Both the position numbers and the translations under genes were made by a program. Shown one piece after another: positions 9,604 through 17,957 of a stretch of 32,000 nt of DNA. The notes beneath the pieces are model-generated. The model did not search any database. It was not told where the DNA came from and saw nothing but the letters and a program-made list of their open reading frames with translations. Positions within the stretch are counted from its first letter, which is position 1. Each line of letters starts with the position of its first letter. The DNA is taken from the NCBI RefSeq assembly GCF_000091665.1, contig NC_000909.1:1116629-1148628 (forward strand). Reading direction: 5' to 3'. Source of the stretch: Methanocaldococcus jannaschii DSM 2661. GTDB taxonomy: Archaea > AGJL01 > Methanococci > Methanococcales > Methanocaldococcaceae.

Positions 9604-10416
9604 TTAAATAATACTCTCTAAAAATTCAATATCCTTTATTACCTCTTCTATTTTTTCCTCTTTTGTTACCGGATTTTTTTCTAATCTTCTATCATCAAGC
9701 TCTAAGTTAAACATTCCGTTATACCCATAATCTAAAAGAGCTTTTATGTAAGGAGAGAAGTCAATTTCTGATTTTCTTAATGGAAAGTGGTCTTTTCTAT
9801 TAACAACTCCAGATATGTGAGTGTGTTTAATATAATCAATAACGCTCTCCAAAAACTCTTCCATATACTCTTTAGCATGTGCAAAATCCAAAGTCATATA
9901 CAACAATTCATCATATCTTTTTAGAATCCATTCCATCTCCTCTGGACTCCAACCAATTCTGTTAATTCTTTCTGGCATATTTTCAACACATATTGTTATA
10001 TTTTTGTTAATAGCCACTTCTAATGTTCTATCCAAATATTTAAAAAATGCTTCATATTCTTCATCTGTTGGAGACCTGTTTGTTGGTCTTTTTCCTGGGT
10101 GTATGGTTATTAATTTACATCTATAAAATTTAGCCAGTTCAATGCTCCATAAAGTTTCTTTTATAACGGCCTCTCTAACGTAAGGGTTTAGGGATGATGG
10201 GTTTAGCTCAATATGGGGATTATGTAAAGCAACATCAAACTTTAAAAATTCTTTTCTTAAATCAGCGATATAATCTAAATCAAACCTATTATCCCAAAAA
10301 TCTGGATTCTCTGGAAAAAATTCCATACATTTAATTCCAATATCCCTAAATATGTCAAAAATCTCAACCATTGGATACTCCCAAAAAAATAACGTTGAGA
10401 CACCTATCTTCATCAT
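9604..10416 (-). CDS. Sugar phosphate isomerase/epimerase, xylose-isomerase-like TIM barrel (AP endonuclease 2 fold)
   Basis: 270-aa ORF. The pattern of motifs (..LITIHPG.., ..ICVENM.., ..TLDFAHA.., ..HISG.., ..NLEL..) is typical of the metal-binding strand ends of this TIM-barrel family. Confidence 0.65.
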
Positions 10417-10492
10417 GCCACCATTACATAATTTTTTAAATATTTTATTATCTTTTAAAAAGTATTTATTGATTTTAGTTGGTGATGAGTTT

Positions 10493-11398
10493 ATGGTAAA
10501 AATGAGAGATAAAATTTTAGGTTCTGTCTTTGGGGCAGTTATTGGAGATGCTTTAGGAATGCCAACTGAAAATCTAACAAAGGAAGAGATAAAAAAGCTG
10601 TATGGATTTGTAGATTCCTATGTTGAACCAAAAAACTACTTAGCTGGGAAGCTAAACAAAGGAGAATGGACAGATGATACAGAGCAAGCTATCTGTTTAA
10701 TAAAATCTCTAACCAAAGAAGGAATTGATATAAAAAAATTTGCCAATTGCTTAATAGCATGGAAAAACAAGAATCCACCAGATATTGGTTTAACCTCATT
10801 AATGGCTATTGATAAATTAGAAAATAATGACTACTCTGGAGTAGATAGCAGTAGCTGTGGAGCGGCAATGAGAATCTACCCATTAGGAATTGTATTTCAT
10901 AATAATCTAAAAAAACTAAAAGAGGAAGTTATAAAGGCATCAAAAATAACTCATAACAACAAAACAGCAATTGCCGGAGCTTTAGCTATAGCATTCTTTG
11001 TTAGTAGTGCATTAAAAGACAGAAAAGATTTTAGCTTGTTAGATGAATGCTACAACTACATAAAAGACATAGATGAGGAATTTGCTAAAAAACTATTAGA
11101 AATTAAAAACTTTAATAACTTAGATTATATCTATGATTATTTTGGAACTGGCGTAAAAACTGATGAAGTTGTCCCTTCAGCAATAGCAACCTACTTACTA
11201 ACTGATAATTTTAAAGAAGGCATGTTAAAATGTATAAATGCTGGAGGAGATACTGATAGCTTAGCATCTATGTATGGGGCTATGGCTGGAGCATACTACG
11301 GCTTTAAAAATATTCCAAAAGAGTGGATTGATGGTTTAAAAAATAAAGAAGTTATTTTTGAACTTGCTGAGAGATTGTATCACTTAGCTACTGAATAA
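10493..11398 (+). CDS. ADP-ribosylglycohydrolase family protein
   Basis: The ORF track begins at 10352, which would overlap the divergent gene. ATG 10493 ([26 protein letters not shown]) follows the SD GGTGATGA. The motifs GDALGMP..., EWTDDTEQ and [20 protein letters not shown] are ARH-family Mg-site signatures. Confidence 0.85.
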
Positions 11399-11425
11399 AT
11401 CTCCATTTATTTTATTTTTTAGTTT

Positions 11426-12277
11426 TTATTTTTTCAATTCTTCAACTCTATCTTTATAATATAACGCAATAGCCCTTTTTGCGAATACTGCTGTGTAGAA
11501 TCCAACAAAGGCAGAAATTACTGCTGATATCACATCAACAATCGTCTCTGAAGAGGAGAAAGTAGAATATCTTGCTGGAGATATAGCAAAGATTTTTAAT
11601 AAAATAAATGGAAGTTGCACAACAAAATTTATCACTATGACTATAACTCCAACAATTATAAGCAATATTATATAATTTAAATTTATCATTCTAAATATTT
11701 CTTTAAACTCAAAAAATCCAGAAAATCCTTTTACAGAGTAATTCACCTCTGCTAATCCTTCATATATCAAAAGTGCAATTGTCGATACAAACAAAAGTAA
11801 AAATCCAATTCCTATAAAAACAATTCCCACTAAAGGCAAAAATATTAAAAATACTCCAAATATAATAAACAAAATTGGAACAATCATAAAGATTATTGAG
11901 AGTATAATATTCCCAATCCAGTATAAAAAACCTCTTTTAAGTAACTCAGCAATATCATCCCAATCAGGGAGGACATCATAATTTTCAACAGTAGTTTTCA
12001 TTACTCTAACATAGTAACCATCAAGTATGAAACCTATAATTAACGCAATTAAAAACCCAAAACTTGCAACAATTAGAGAGGTTAATAAAATATTATTGTC
12101 CAATCCAACAACATCATTAGGATTAATATTGTGTATTAATAGAATAGACAAGATAATTCCAAATATTGCTCCAATAGCTCCAGAGGTTGATGATAACAAT
12201 CCTCCGACTATTCCTTTTTTAACATCTGAAAGCACATAATAAAATGCATCTTTTAAATAATACTCAAGTTTTTTCAT
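11426..12277 (-). CDS. Polytopic membrane protein of unknown function (possibly DUF4013-like)
   Basis: 283-aa ORF with about 6-7 long hydrophobic segments. No catalytic motif recognised. Confidence 0.6.
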   Translation of the reverse strand: MKKLEYYLKDAFYYVLSDVKKGIVGGLLSSTSGAIGAIFGIILSILLIHNINPNDVVGLDNNILLTSLIVASFGFLIALIIGFILDGYYVRVMKTTVENYDVLPDWDDIAELLKRGFLYWIGNIILSIIFMIVPILFIIFGVFLIFLPLVGIVFIGIGFLLLFVSTIALLIYEGLAEVNYSVKGFSGFFEFKEIFRMINLNYIILLIIVGVIVIVINFVVQLPFILLKIFAISPARYSTFSSSETIVDVISAVISAFVGFYTAVFAKRAIALYYKDRVEELKK

Positions 12278-12444
12278 TTTAACCCCTCAGTTTTTAGCAG
12301 TATTTTAATTTCTAAATTTTATTATAGAAATTTTTAGAATTTTATTCCAATTATTAGTTTGTTGTTATTTTGATTTATTTAAACCTTATGGACATATAAT
12401 TATATTTAATCCATATATTTAAATTTATCAATAAAAATAGTAAA

Positions 12445-12567
12445 TAAAAAATCTGTGTGGGGGAGGGGTGTTTAACTGTAAATTTTGTTAATCTACTGGA
12501 GCCGGCTCCTTATGGCGCGGGTTATCAGCGGTGAGGTGGGGGGCTCACCACTATCCCACCCGCGCCA
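12445..12567 (-). ncRNA. Candidate ~120-nt structured small RNA (unknown family) with its own promoter and oligo-T terminator
   Basis: On the minus strand a TATA box TTTATATA (plus 12590-12597) lies 23 nt upstream of the first base of a 9-bp GC helix (12566). 5' hairpin at 12514-12566: GGCGCGGGU ... ACCCGCGCC with an inner helix GGUGAG/CUCACC. Mini-hairpin GGAGCCGGCUCC at 12498-12509. A C-rich tail CACCCCUCCCCCACACAGA is followed by T6 (12445-12450). The inner helix extends from 6 to 10 bp only in the minus-sense RNA, through two G-U pairs. Confidence 0.55.
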
Positions 12568-12589
12568 ACTTGTTATTACAAACTTTACC

Positions 12590-12597
12590 TATATAAA
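12590..12597 (-). promoter_or_regulatory. Consensus archaeal TATA box (TTTATATA) preceded by a purine-rich BRE-like AAAAG, driving the candidate ncRNA
   Basis: The minus-strand sequence reads cgAAAAG-TTTATATA-ggtaaagtttgtaataacaagtt-GGCGCGGG. The 23-nt spacing to the GC island matches the canonical archaeal TATA-to-TSS distance. Confidence 0.55.
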
Positions 12598-12756
12598 CTT
12601 TTCGATACAAAAAATTTTAATTAAATTAAAGCGTTCTTAAATTAAATATGACTATTAGATTGTTTAATAACTTCCATTAGCCAGTTTAAGAATATATATT
12701 TTTATAGTTATCCTCCTAATTAATTGATTGTGATTTCTATTCTTGGAGGTGAATCT

Positions 12757-14730
12757 ATGTCCCCAAGAGTTGGGGTATTTGTCTGTTACTGTGGAGCGAA
12801 CATCAACGGTGTTGTTGATTGTGAAGCAGTAAGAGATTTTGCTGAAAAATTAGACGGAGTTGTTGTAGCAAAGACCTATCCTTTTATGTGTGCTGACCCA
12901 GGACAAAACTTGATTAAAGAAGCAATAAAGGAATATAATCTTGATAGAGTCGTTGTCGCGGCATGCACACCAAAAATTCACGAGCCTACTTTTAGAAATT
13001 GTATAAAAGAAGCAGGTTTATCTCCATATTACTTGGAGTTTGTCAATATTAGGGAGCACTGTTCATTTGTTCATATGAATGATAGAGAAAAAGCAACTAA
13101 AAAAGCAATGGAGTTAGTTGCAGGGGCTGTTGAAAGAGCTAAGAGATTAGAAGACGTTCCACAAAAAATTGTAGAAGTTGATAAATCTTGCTTAATCATT
13201 GGAGGAGGTATCGCTGGAATTCAGGCAGCTCTTGACTTAGGAGACCAAGGTTATAAAGTTTATTTAGTTGAGAAGGAGCCATCAATTGGAGGTAGGATGG
13301 CTCAGCTTGCTAAGACATTCCCAACTGATGACTGTGCGCTGTGAATTTTGGCCCCAAAGATGGTTAGCGTTGCAAACCACCCCAATGTTGAACTCATCAC
13401 CTATGCTGAAGTTAAAAATGTCGAAGGATTTATTGGAAACTTTGAAGTCACAATAGAGAAAAAACCAAGATACGTTGATGAAAACATCTGTACCGGATGT
13501 GGAGCCTGTGCTGCTGTATGTCCAATTGAAGTGCCAAACGAATTTGACTTAGGTTTAGGAACAAGAAAAGCCATCTATGTCCCATTCGCACAGGCAGTTC
13601 CTCTTGTCTATACAATCGATATGGACCACTGTATAAGATGTGGCTTATGTGAAAAAGCTTGTGGTCCAGGAGCTATAAGATACGACCAAAAACCTGAAGA
13701 GATTAAGTTAAAGGTTGGAACAATCATCTGTGCAGTTGGTTATGATGAATTTGATGCTACATTGAAAGAAGAGTATGGTTATGGAGTCTATGACAACGTC
13801 ATAACAACATTAGAATTAGAAAGAATGATTAACCCAGCAGGACCAACAGGAGGGCATGAAATAAGACCAAGTGATGGAAAGCACCCACACAGAGTTGTAT
13901 TCATACAGTGTGTTGGTTCAAGAGATGCAAAGGTTGGAAAGCACTACTGTTCAAGAATCTGTTGTATGTTTGCTTTGAAGAATGCTCAATTAATTAAACA
14001 GCACGACCCAAGCACTGAAGTTTATATCTGCTACATGGATATCAGGTCTTTTGGTAAAGGTTACGAAGAGTATTACAGAAGAGCTCAGGAGCAGTTTGGA
14101 GTTAAGTTCATTAGAGGAAGGCCAGCTTGCATAATGGAAGATCCAGAGACAAAGAACTTGATTGTTAGAGTAGAAGATACATTATTGGGAGAGATTGTAG
14201 AAATTGAAGCAGATTTAGTTGTATTGTCAGCAGGATTGTCACCAAGACCAGACAATCCAAAATTGGCTAAGATGCTTGGTTTAGAGCTCAGTCCAGATGG
14301 ATTCTTCAAGGAGTTGCATCCAAAGTTAGCTCCAGTTAATACAAAGGTCGATGGTATAGCAATTGCAGGAGTTGCTCAGGGACCAAAAGACATTCCAGAT
14401 ACCGTAGCTCAGGCTAAAGGGGCCGCAAGTGCTGTTTCAATACCAATGGCACAAGGACAGTTTAGAATAGAGATGATAAGGGCAGTTGTTGATGAAGATG
14501 TCTGTGGAGGATGCCAAGTTTGTGCTAAGATGTGTCCATACAATGCTATAACCTATGTTGAAAAAGATGGACACTTAGTAGCTCAAGTCAATGACGTTGC
14601 ATGTAAGGGATGCGGTTCATGTGCTGGAGCATGTCCAAGTGGAGCAATGCAGTTGAGATACTATAGAGATGAGCAAATAATTTCATTCATTGATGGAGTA
14701 TTAGAAGCTCACCAAAAATTAGAAAGTTAA
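12757..14730 (+). CDS. hdrA: Heterodisulfide reductase subunit A, selenocysteine-containing (UGA 13342-13344 read as Sec)
   Basis: ATG 12757 follows the SD GGAGGTGA ([21 protein letters not shown]). ORFs 12724-13344 and 13348-14730 are in the same frame, separated only by TGA in the motif DDCAL-U-ILAPKM (Cys in non-Sec HdrA). FAD motif [13 protein letters not shown] and several CxxCxxCxxxCP ferredoxin motifs. SECIS downstream. Confidence 0.93.
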
Positions 14731-14831
14731 AAAATAATTAAAAAGCACAAGCTCTACATTCTAATAAAAATCTCAAAAATATAACGGCGTAGGTTATGAG
14801 CTCAACATTGGGGGCAGACAAAACCAGATGA

Positions 14832-14864
14832 GGCACCACTCGAAGGCAATGCCAAAGTGGTGCT
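14832..14864 (+). promoter_or_regulatory. Archaeal SECIS element for hdrA (3' UTR)
   Basis: GCACCAC/GUGGUGC lower helix (14833-14839 / 14857-14863). Internal loop with GAA (14842-14844) opposite A-rich AAA. Upper helix GGC/GCC of 3 bp with apical loop AAU. Possible outer pairing GAUGAGG (14827-14833) with CCCUCAUC (14882-14889). Confidence 0.8.
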
Positions 14865-14962
14865 GATGGAGAGGGTAAGTGCCCTCATCCAAATTAAATT
14901 ATAAATTTAATTCTCATGTTGTTATCGAGTTTATAAAATTAATAATATATAGGGGGATTAGT

Positions 14963-15367
14963 ATGGATCCAGTAATAATTGCATTTTGTTGCTATCAGTG
15001 AGGATATGGGGCTGCTGACTTGGCAGGGACAAGTAGAATGCAATACCCTGCAACCGTAAGAATCGTAAGGCTCCCTTGTACCGGTAAATTCGATATTACC
15101 TACGCTTTAAGGGCTTTCCAAAAGGGAGCCGATGCGGTTATGGTTGTAGGGTGAAAGAAAGGAGAGTGTGCCTACGAAACAGGTAACTTAAAGGCTGAGG
15201 AGAGGGTTAGGTTCGCTAAACAATTATTAGATGAATTAGGAATTGGCGGAGACAGAATTGACATGTTTTTCATGTCTGCCGCTGAGGCAGATAAATTCGT
15301 CTCCGCCGTTAATGAAATGACTGCAAGAGTTGAAAAACTCGGACCTAACCCTCTCAAAGCTCAGTAA
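14963..15367 (+). CDS. vhuD: F420-non-reducing hydrogenase subunit D (MvhD-type), with two selenocysteines (UGA 14999-15001 and 15152-15154)
   Basis: Not in the ORF track because of two in-frame TGAs. My translation: MDPVIIAFCCYQ-U-GYGAADLAGTSRMQYPATVRIVRLPCTGKFDITYALRAFQKGADAVMVVG-U-KKGECAYETGNLKAEERVRF...LKAQ*. Both TGAs are in frame with ATG 14963 and occupy positions that are Cys in MvhD. SECIS follows. Confidence 0.9.
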
Positions 15368-15368
15368 A

Positions 15369-15453
15369 GCCGGAGATTAAAGGGATGAGTTCTCTCGGGA
15401 ACCCGTCAAGGGACCGAGAGAACAACCGCCCCATAAGTAAGGGGTTCTCCGGC
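15369..15453 (+). promoter_or_regulatory. vhuD SECIS (core 15389-15423) embedded in an 85-nt composite structure with a second hairpin and an 8-bp closing helix
   Basis: Core: GUUCUCUCGG-GAA-CCC-GUCAA-GGG-A-CCGAGAGAAC. Second hairpin: CCCC-AUAAGUAA-GGGG (15429-15444). Outer helix: GCCGGAGA (15369-15376) pairs with UCUCCGGC (15446-15453). Confidence 0.85.
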
Positions 15454-15481
15454 ATTGCAAAACTAATTTAAACTTTTTAGG

Positions 15482-16348
15482 GTGATTACCTTGGCAGTTA
15501 AGGTAGGGATGATACAACTGTGTGGATGTTCTGGATGCCACATATCCCTATTAGACTTACATGACAAGTTATTGGAAGTTTTACCAAATTTAGAGATTGT
15601 TTATGCCCCTATAATTGCAGACCCTAAGGAGATTCCTGAGGGTATAGATGTATTTTTAGTTGAGGGAGGAATTAGGAATGAGCACGATGAGCACTTAATT
15701 CATGAAATAAGAGAGAAATCAAAGATTGTCATTGCATGGGGAACTTGTGCCGCTTATGGAGGGATTCCAGGTTTAGGAAATCTATACAAAAAAGAAGAAT
15801 TACTAAATTATGTCTACTCAACCGACTCAACAGAAAATAAAGGAGAAATACCTTCAGAAGAAATTCCACCACTTGAAGAGTATGTTAAACCAATAAAGGA
15901 CTTCATAAAAGTAGATTATACAATACCAGGATGTCCTCCAACACCAAAAATGATCGCAGATGCAATTATAGCACTACTAAATGGAGAAGAACCAAAATTA
16001 CCAACAAAGATCGTATGTGATGAATGTCCAAGAAAAAAAGAGAATGTATTTCCAGAAACATTTAAAAGAACCCATGAAGGAAGACCAGACCCAGAAAGAT
16101 GCTTATTTGAGCAAGGATACACTTGCTTAGGATTTGCTACAAGAGCAGGTTGTGGAGCAAAATGTCCAAGTGCAGGAGTTCCATGTAGAGGTTGTTTCGG
16201 TAAAACAGATAAATCATTAGACTTAGGAGCTAACGCAGCTAATGTATTGGCTAACGCTGGAGAGGCAGCTTTGGAGATTCCAGATAAGGTAGCTTTATTG
16301 AACAGATTCACACTACCAGATGCTTTAATCAACAGAAAGGCAAAATAA
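15482..16348 (+). CDS. vhuG: F420-non-reducing [NiFeSe] hydrogenase small subunit
   Basis: CGCSGCH proximal-cluster motif near the N-terminus and further Cys clusters (GCPPTP, CxxCxxK.., CRGC). The start is uncertain: GTG 15482 (ORF track), or TTG 15491 (MAVKVGMIQLCGCSGCH) 4 nt after the SD GGGTGAT. Confidence 0.88.
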   Translation: MITLAVKVGMIQLCGCSGCHISLLDLHDKLLEVLPNLEIVYAPIIADPKEIPEGIDVFLVEGGIRNEHDEHLIHEIREKSKIVIAWGTCAAYGGIPGLGNLYKKEELLNYVYSTDSTENKGEIPSEEIPPLEEYVKPIKDFIKVDYTIPGCPPTPKMIADAIIALLNGEEPKLPTKIVCDECPRKKENVFPETFKRTHEGRPDPERCLFEQGYTCLGFATRAGCGAKCPSAGVPCRGCFGKTDKSLDLGANAANVLANAGEAALEIPDKVALLNRFTLPDALINRKAK

Positions 16349-16381
16349 ATTAAGCATAAATAATAAAATAAGGGTGAATTT

Positions 16382-17638
16382 ATGGGGAAGATAGTAATTG
16401 AGCCCCTATCAAGATTAGAAGGGCATGGTAAAGTTACAATAACCTTAGATGAAAATGGAAAACCTAAGGATGTTAAGTTGCATATAACTGCATTGAGAGG
16501 ATTTGAGCAGTTCGTTGTTGGAAGACCTGCTGAAGAAGTTCCAAGAATTGTCCCAAGAATCTGTGGTATCTGCCAAACAGCCCACCACTTAGCAAGTGTT
16601 AAGGCAATTGATGCCGCTTGGGGTGTAGAGATTCCAGAACCAGCTAAGAAATTGAGAGAGTTAATGCACATAGGAAATATGATTCATAGCCATGCATTGC
16701 ACTTTTACTTCTTAGCAGCTCCTGACTTTGTTCTTGGTCCAGATGCAGACCCAGCAATAAGAAACATTGTGGGAGTTATAGATAAAGCTCCAGACGTTGC
16801 TAAGCAAGCTATCGCCTTAAGAAAGTTTGGGCAAAAGATTGTTGAAGCAGTTGGAGGAAAAGCTATTCATCCAGTTACTGGAATTCCTGGTGGGCAAGCA
16901 AAGAGATTAACTGAAGAAGAAAGAGATGAGTTATTAAAAGATGCTGACCAGATGATAGAATACGCTAAAAATGGTGTTGAGCTTATAAAACAATTAAATG
17001 AGCAATATATGGAACAGATAAAGACATTAGGAGTTATTGACACCTATTATTTAGGTTTGGTTAAAGATGGAAAACATAACTTCTATGACGATACCTTAAG
17101 ATTCTTATCTCCAGATGGAAAAGAAAAAGTTGAGTTTAAACCGGAAGAATACTTGAACTATATTGGGGAATATGTAGTTCCATACAACTATGTAAAACAC
17201 CCTTACTACAAAAAAGTCGGTTATCCTGAAGGAGTTTATAGGGTTGGGCCATTAGCGATGCTAAACGTTTGTGATGAAATGGAGACCCCGCTTGCAGAAG
17301 AATACAGAAAAGAATTTTTAGAGATCTTTGGATTTCCAGCAAATCAGTCATTGGCATATAATCATGCAAGGTTGATTGAGTTAGTTGAAGCATGTGAAAA
17401 GGCAAAAATATTATTGGAAGATAATGATATTACATCAGATGACATTAAGGCAGATGTTGAACCAAAGGCTGGAAATGGTGTTGGAGTAGTTTATGCTCCA
17501 AGAGGAGTTTTAATTCACAACTATGAAACAGATGAGAATGGAATCGTTGTTAAGGCAAACATGATTGTCGCTACAACACACAACGTTCCAACAATGGAAA
17601 AGGCTATCCAACAGGCAGCTCAAGTAATCTTCAAATAA
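16382..17638 (+). CDS. vhuA: F420-non-reducing [NiFeSe] hydrogenase large subunit (lacks the C-terminal Ni-binding segment, which is supplied by VhuU)
   Basis: 418 aa. N-terminal Ni-ligand motif RICGICQTAHHLAS. The ORF ends before the usual DPCxxC C-terminal motif, which is encoded separately 63 nt downstream. Confidence 0.9.
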   Translation: MGKIVIEPLSRLEGHGKVTITLDENGKPKDVKLHITALRGFEQFVVGRPAEEVPRIVPRICGICQTAHHLASVKAIDAAWGVEIPEPAKKLRELMHIGNMIHSHALHFYFLAAPDFVLGPDADPAIRNIVGVIDKAPDVAKQAIALRKFGQKIVEAVGGKAIHPVTGIPGGQAKRLTEEERDELLKDADQMIEYAKNGVELIKQLNEQYMEQIKTLGVIDTYYLGLVKDGKHNFYDDTLRFLSPDGKEKVEFKPEEYLNYIGEYVVPYNYVKHPYYKKVGYPEGVYRVGPLAMLNVCDEMETPLAEEYRKEFLEIFGFPANQSLAYNHARLIELVEACEKAKILLEDNDITSDDIKADVEPKAGNGVGVVYAPRGVLIHNYETDENGIVVKANMIVATTHNVPTMEKAIQQAAQVIFK

Positions 17639-17700
17639 ATAAATTTTTGTAAAGAAAATCAATTATGATTATCTAATCATTTATGGTTATGGTGATAAAC

Positions 17701-17853
17701 ATGGCTGAGAAAAGCACAGTTAAAGTTGATGAAGTAAAATTAAACTTAATAGAAATGGTATTAAGAGCTTACGACCCTTGATACTCATGTGCCGCCCACA
17801 TAATAGTTAAAGATGAAAAAGGAAACAAAATTATTGAGGTTATTAAAGAATAA
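17701..17853 (+). CDS. vhuU: Hydrogenase selenopeptide VhuU (split C-terminus of the large subunit; UGA 17779-17781 = Sec)
   Basis: Not in the ORF track. ATG 17701 follows the SD GGTGAT. Translation: [50 protein letters not shown]. DP(U)xxCxxH is the C-terminal Ni-binding motif of [NiFeSe] hydrogenases. The SECIS starts at the last base of the stop codon. Confidence 0.9.
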
Positions 17854-17888
17854 GCTCACAACCGAACCCATTTGGGAGGTTGTGAGCT
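17853..17888 (+). promoter_or_regulatory. Archaeal SECIS element for vhuU
   Basis: AGCUCACAACC-GAA-CCC-AUUU-GGG-A-GGUUGUGAGCU: an 11-bp lower helix, the GAA/A internal loop, three G-C pairs and a 4-nt loop. Confidence 0.9.
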
Positions 17889-17913
17889 CTCTCCCTCTAT
17901 GCAGGGGGAATTC

Positions 17914-17940
17914 GCTAAAATCCTTTTTTGGGATTTTAGC
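17914..17940 (+). terminator. 10-bp hairpin with a U6-containing loop between vhuU and vhuB (possible attenuating terminator or processing site)
   Basis: GCUAAAAUCC-UUUUUUG-GGAUUUUAGC read directly. It follows a second small hairpin, CUCCCU-CUAUGC-AGGGGG (17891-17908). Confidence 0.35.
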
Positions 17941-17957
17941 GTATAATTTTTAGGAGG

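Noticed and set aside
10352-10492. Upstream extension of the ADP-ribosylglycohydrolase ORF (track start 10352), overlapping the divergent TIM-barrel gene start.
   Set aside because: The extension has no homology to the ARH family and overlaps the other gene's 5' end. A good SD (GGTGATGA) precedes ATG 10493, where the family-conserved N-terminus ([11 protein letters not shown]) begins.
12514-12566. Interpreting the GC hairpin upstream of hdrA as a 5'-UTR SECIS element or as an hdrA leader structure.
   Set aside because: It lacks the GAA/A internal loop and the three-G-C apical helix shared by the four SECIS elements here. It lies upstream of the likely hdrA TATA box, and hdrA already has a 3' SECIS. 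Promoter and terminator signals and the G-U pairs favour the opposite strand.
12514-12569. Calling the candidate ncRNA an H/ACA pseudouridylation guide, or a canonical K-turn RNA.
   Set aside because: The basal helix plus AUA resembles an H/ACA layout, but there is no apical K-turn/K-loop. The internal loop is a roughly symmetric GA-containing loop, not the 3-nt-bulge K-turn geometry. I kept it as an unknown-family candidate only.
13342-13344. In-frame TGA codons in hdrA (13342), vhuD (14999, 15152), vhuU (17779) and fwdB (19526), which could be read as pseudogene-forming nonsense mutations or gene splits.
   Set aside because: Each falls at a position that is Cys in non-Sec homologues (DCAL-U-IL, CCYQ-U-GY, VG-U-KKGEC, DP-U-YSC, SV-U-HGP). 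Each gene is followed by a textbook archaeal SECIS hairpin. They are therefore Sec codons, not lesions.
13268-13456. 62-aa plus-strand ORF spanning the hdrA Sec codon region in another frame.
   Set aside because: It is out of frame within hdrA. The hdrA frame is continuous and conserved across the UGA, and there is no independent start context.
15916-16671. Long antisense ORFs in the track: 15916-16671 (251 aa), 18590-18958, 20923-21195, 21850-22209, 31153-31512, 31343-31588, 12027-12239, 6046-6282, 7053-7247, 7339-7545, 3569-3802, 5184-5405, 8582-8794, 14085-14309, 15172-15357, 17136-17405, 18269-18454, 19144-19362, 19795-20016, 27437-27655, 28007-28312.
   Set aside because: All lie fully inside, and antisense to or out of frame with, well-supported conserved genes. 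They have low-complexity Ser/Leu/Pro/Ile-rich translations and no RBS context. They are shadow ORFs.
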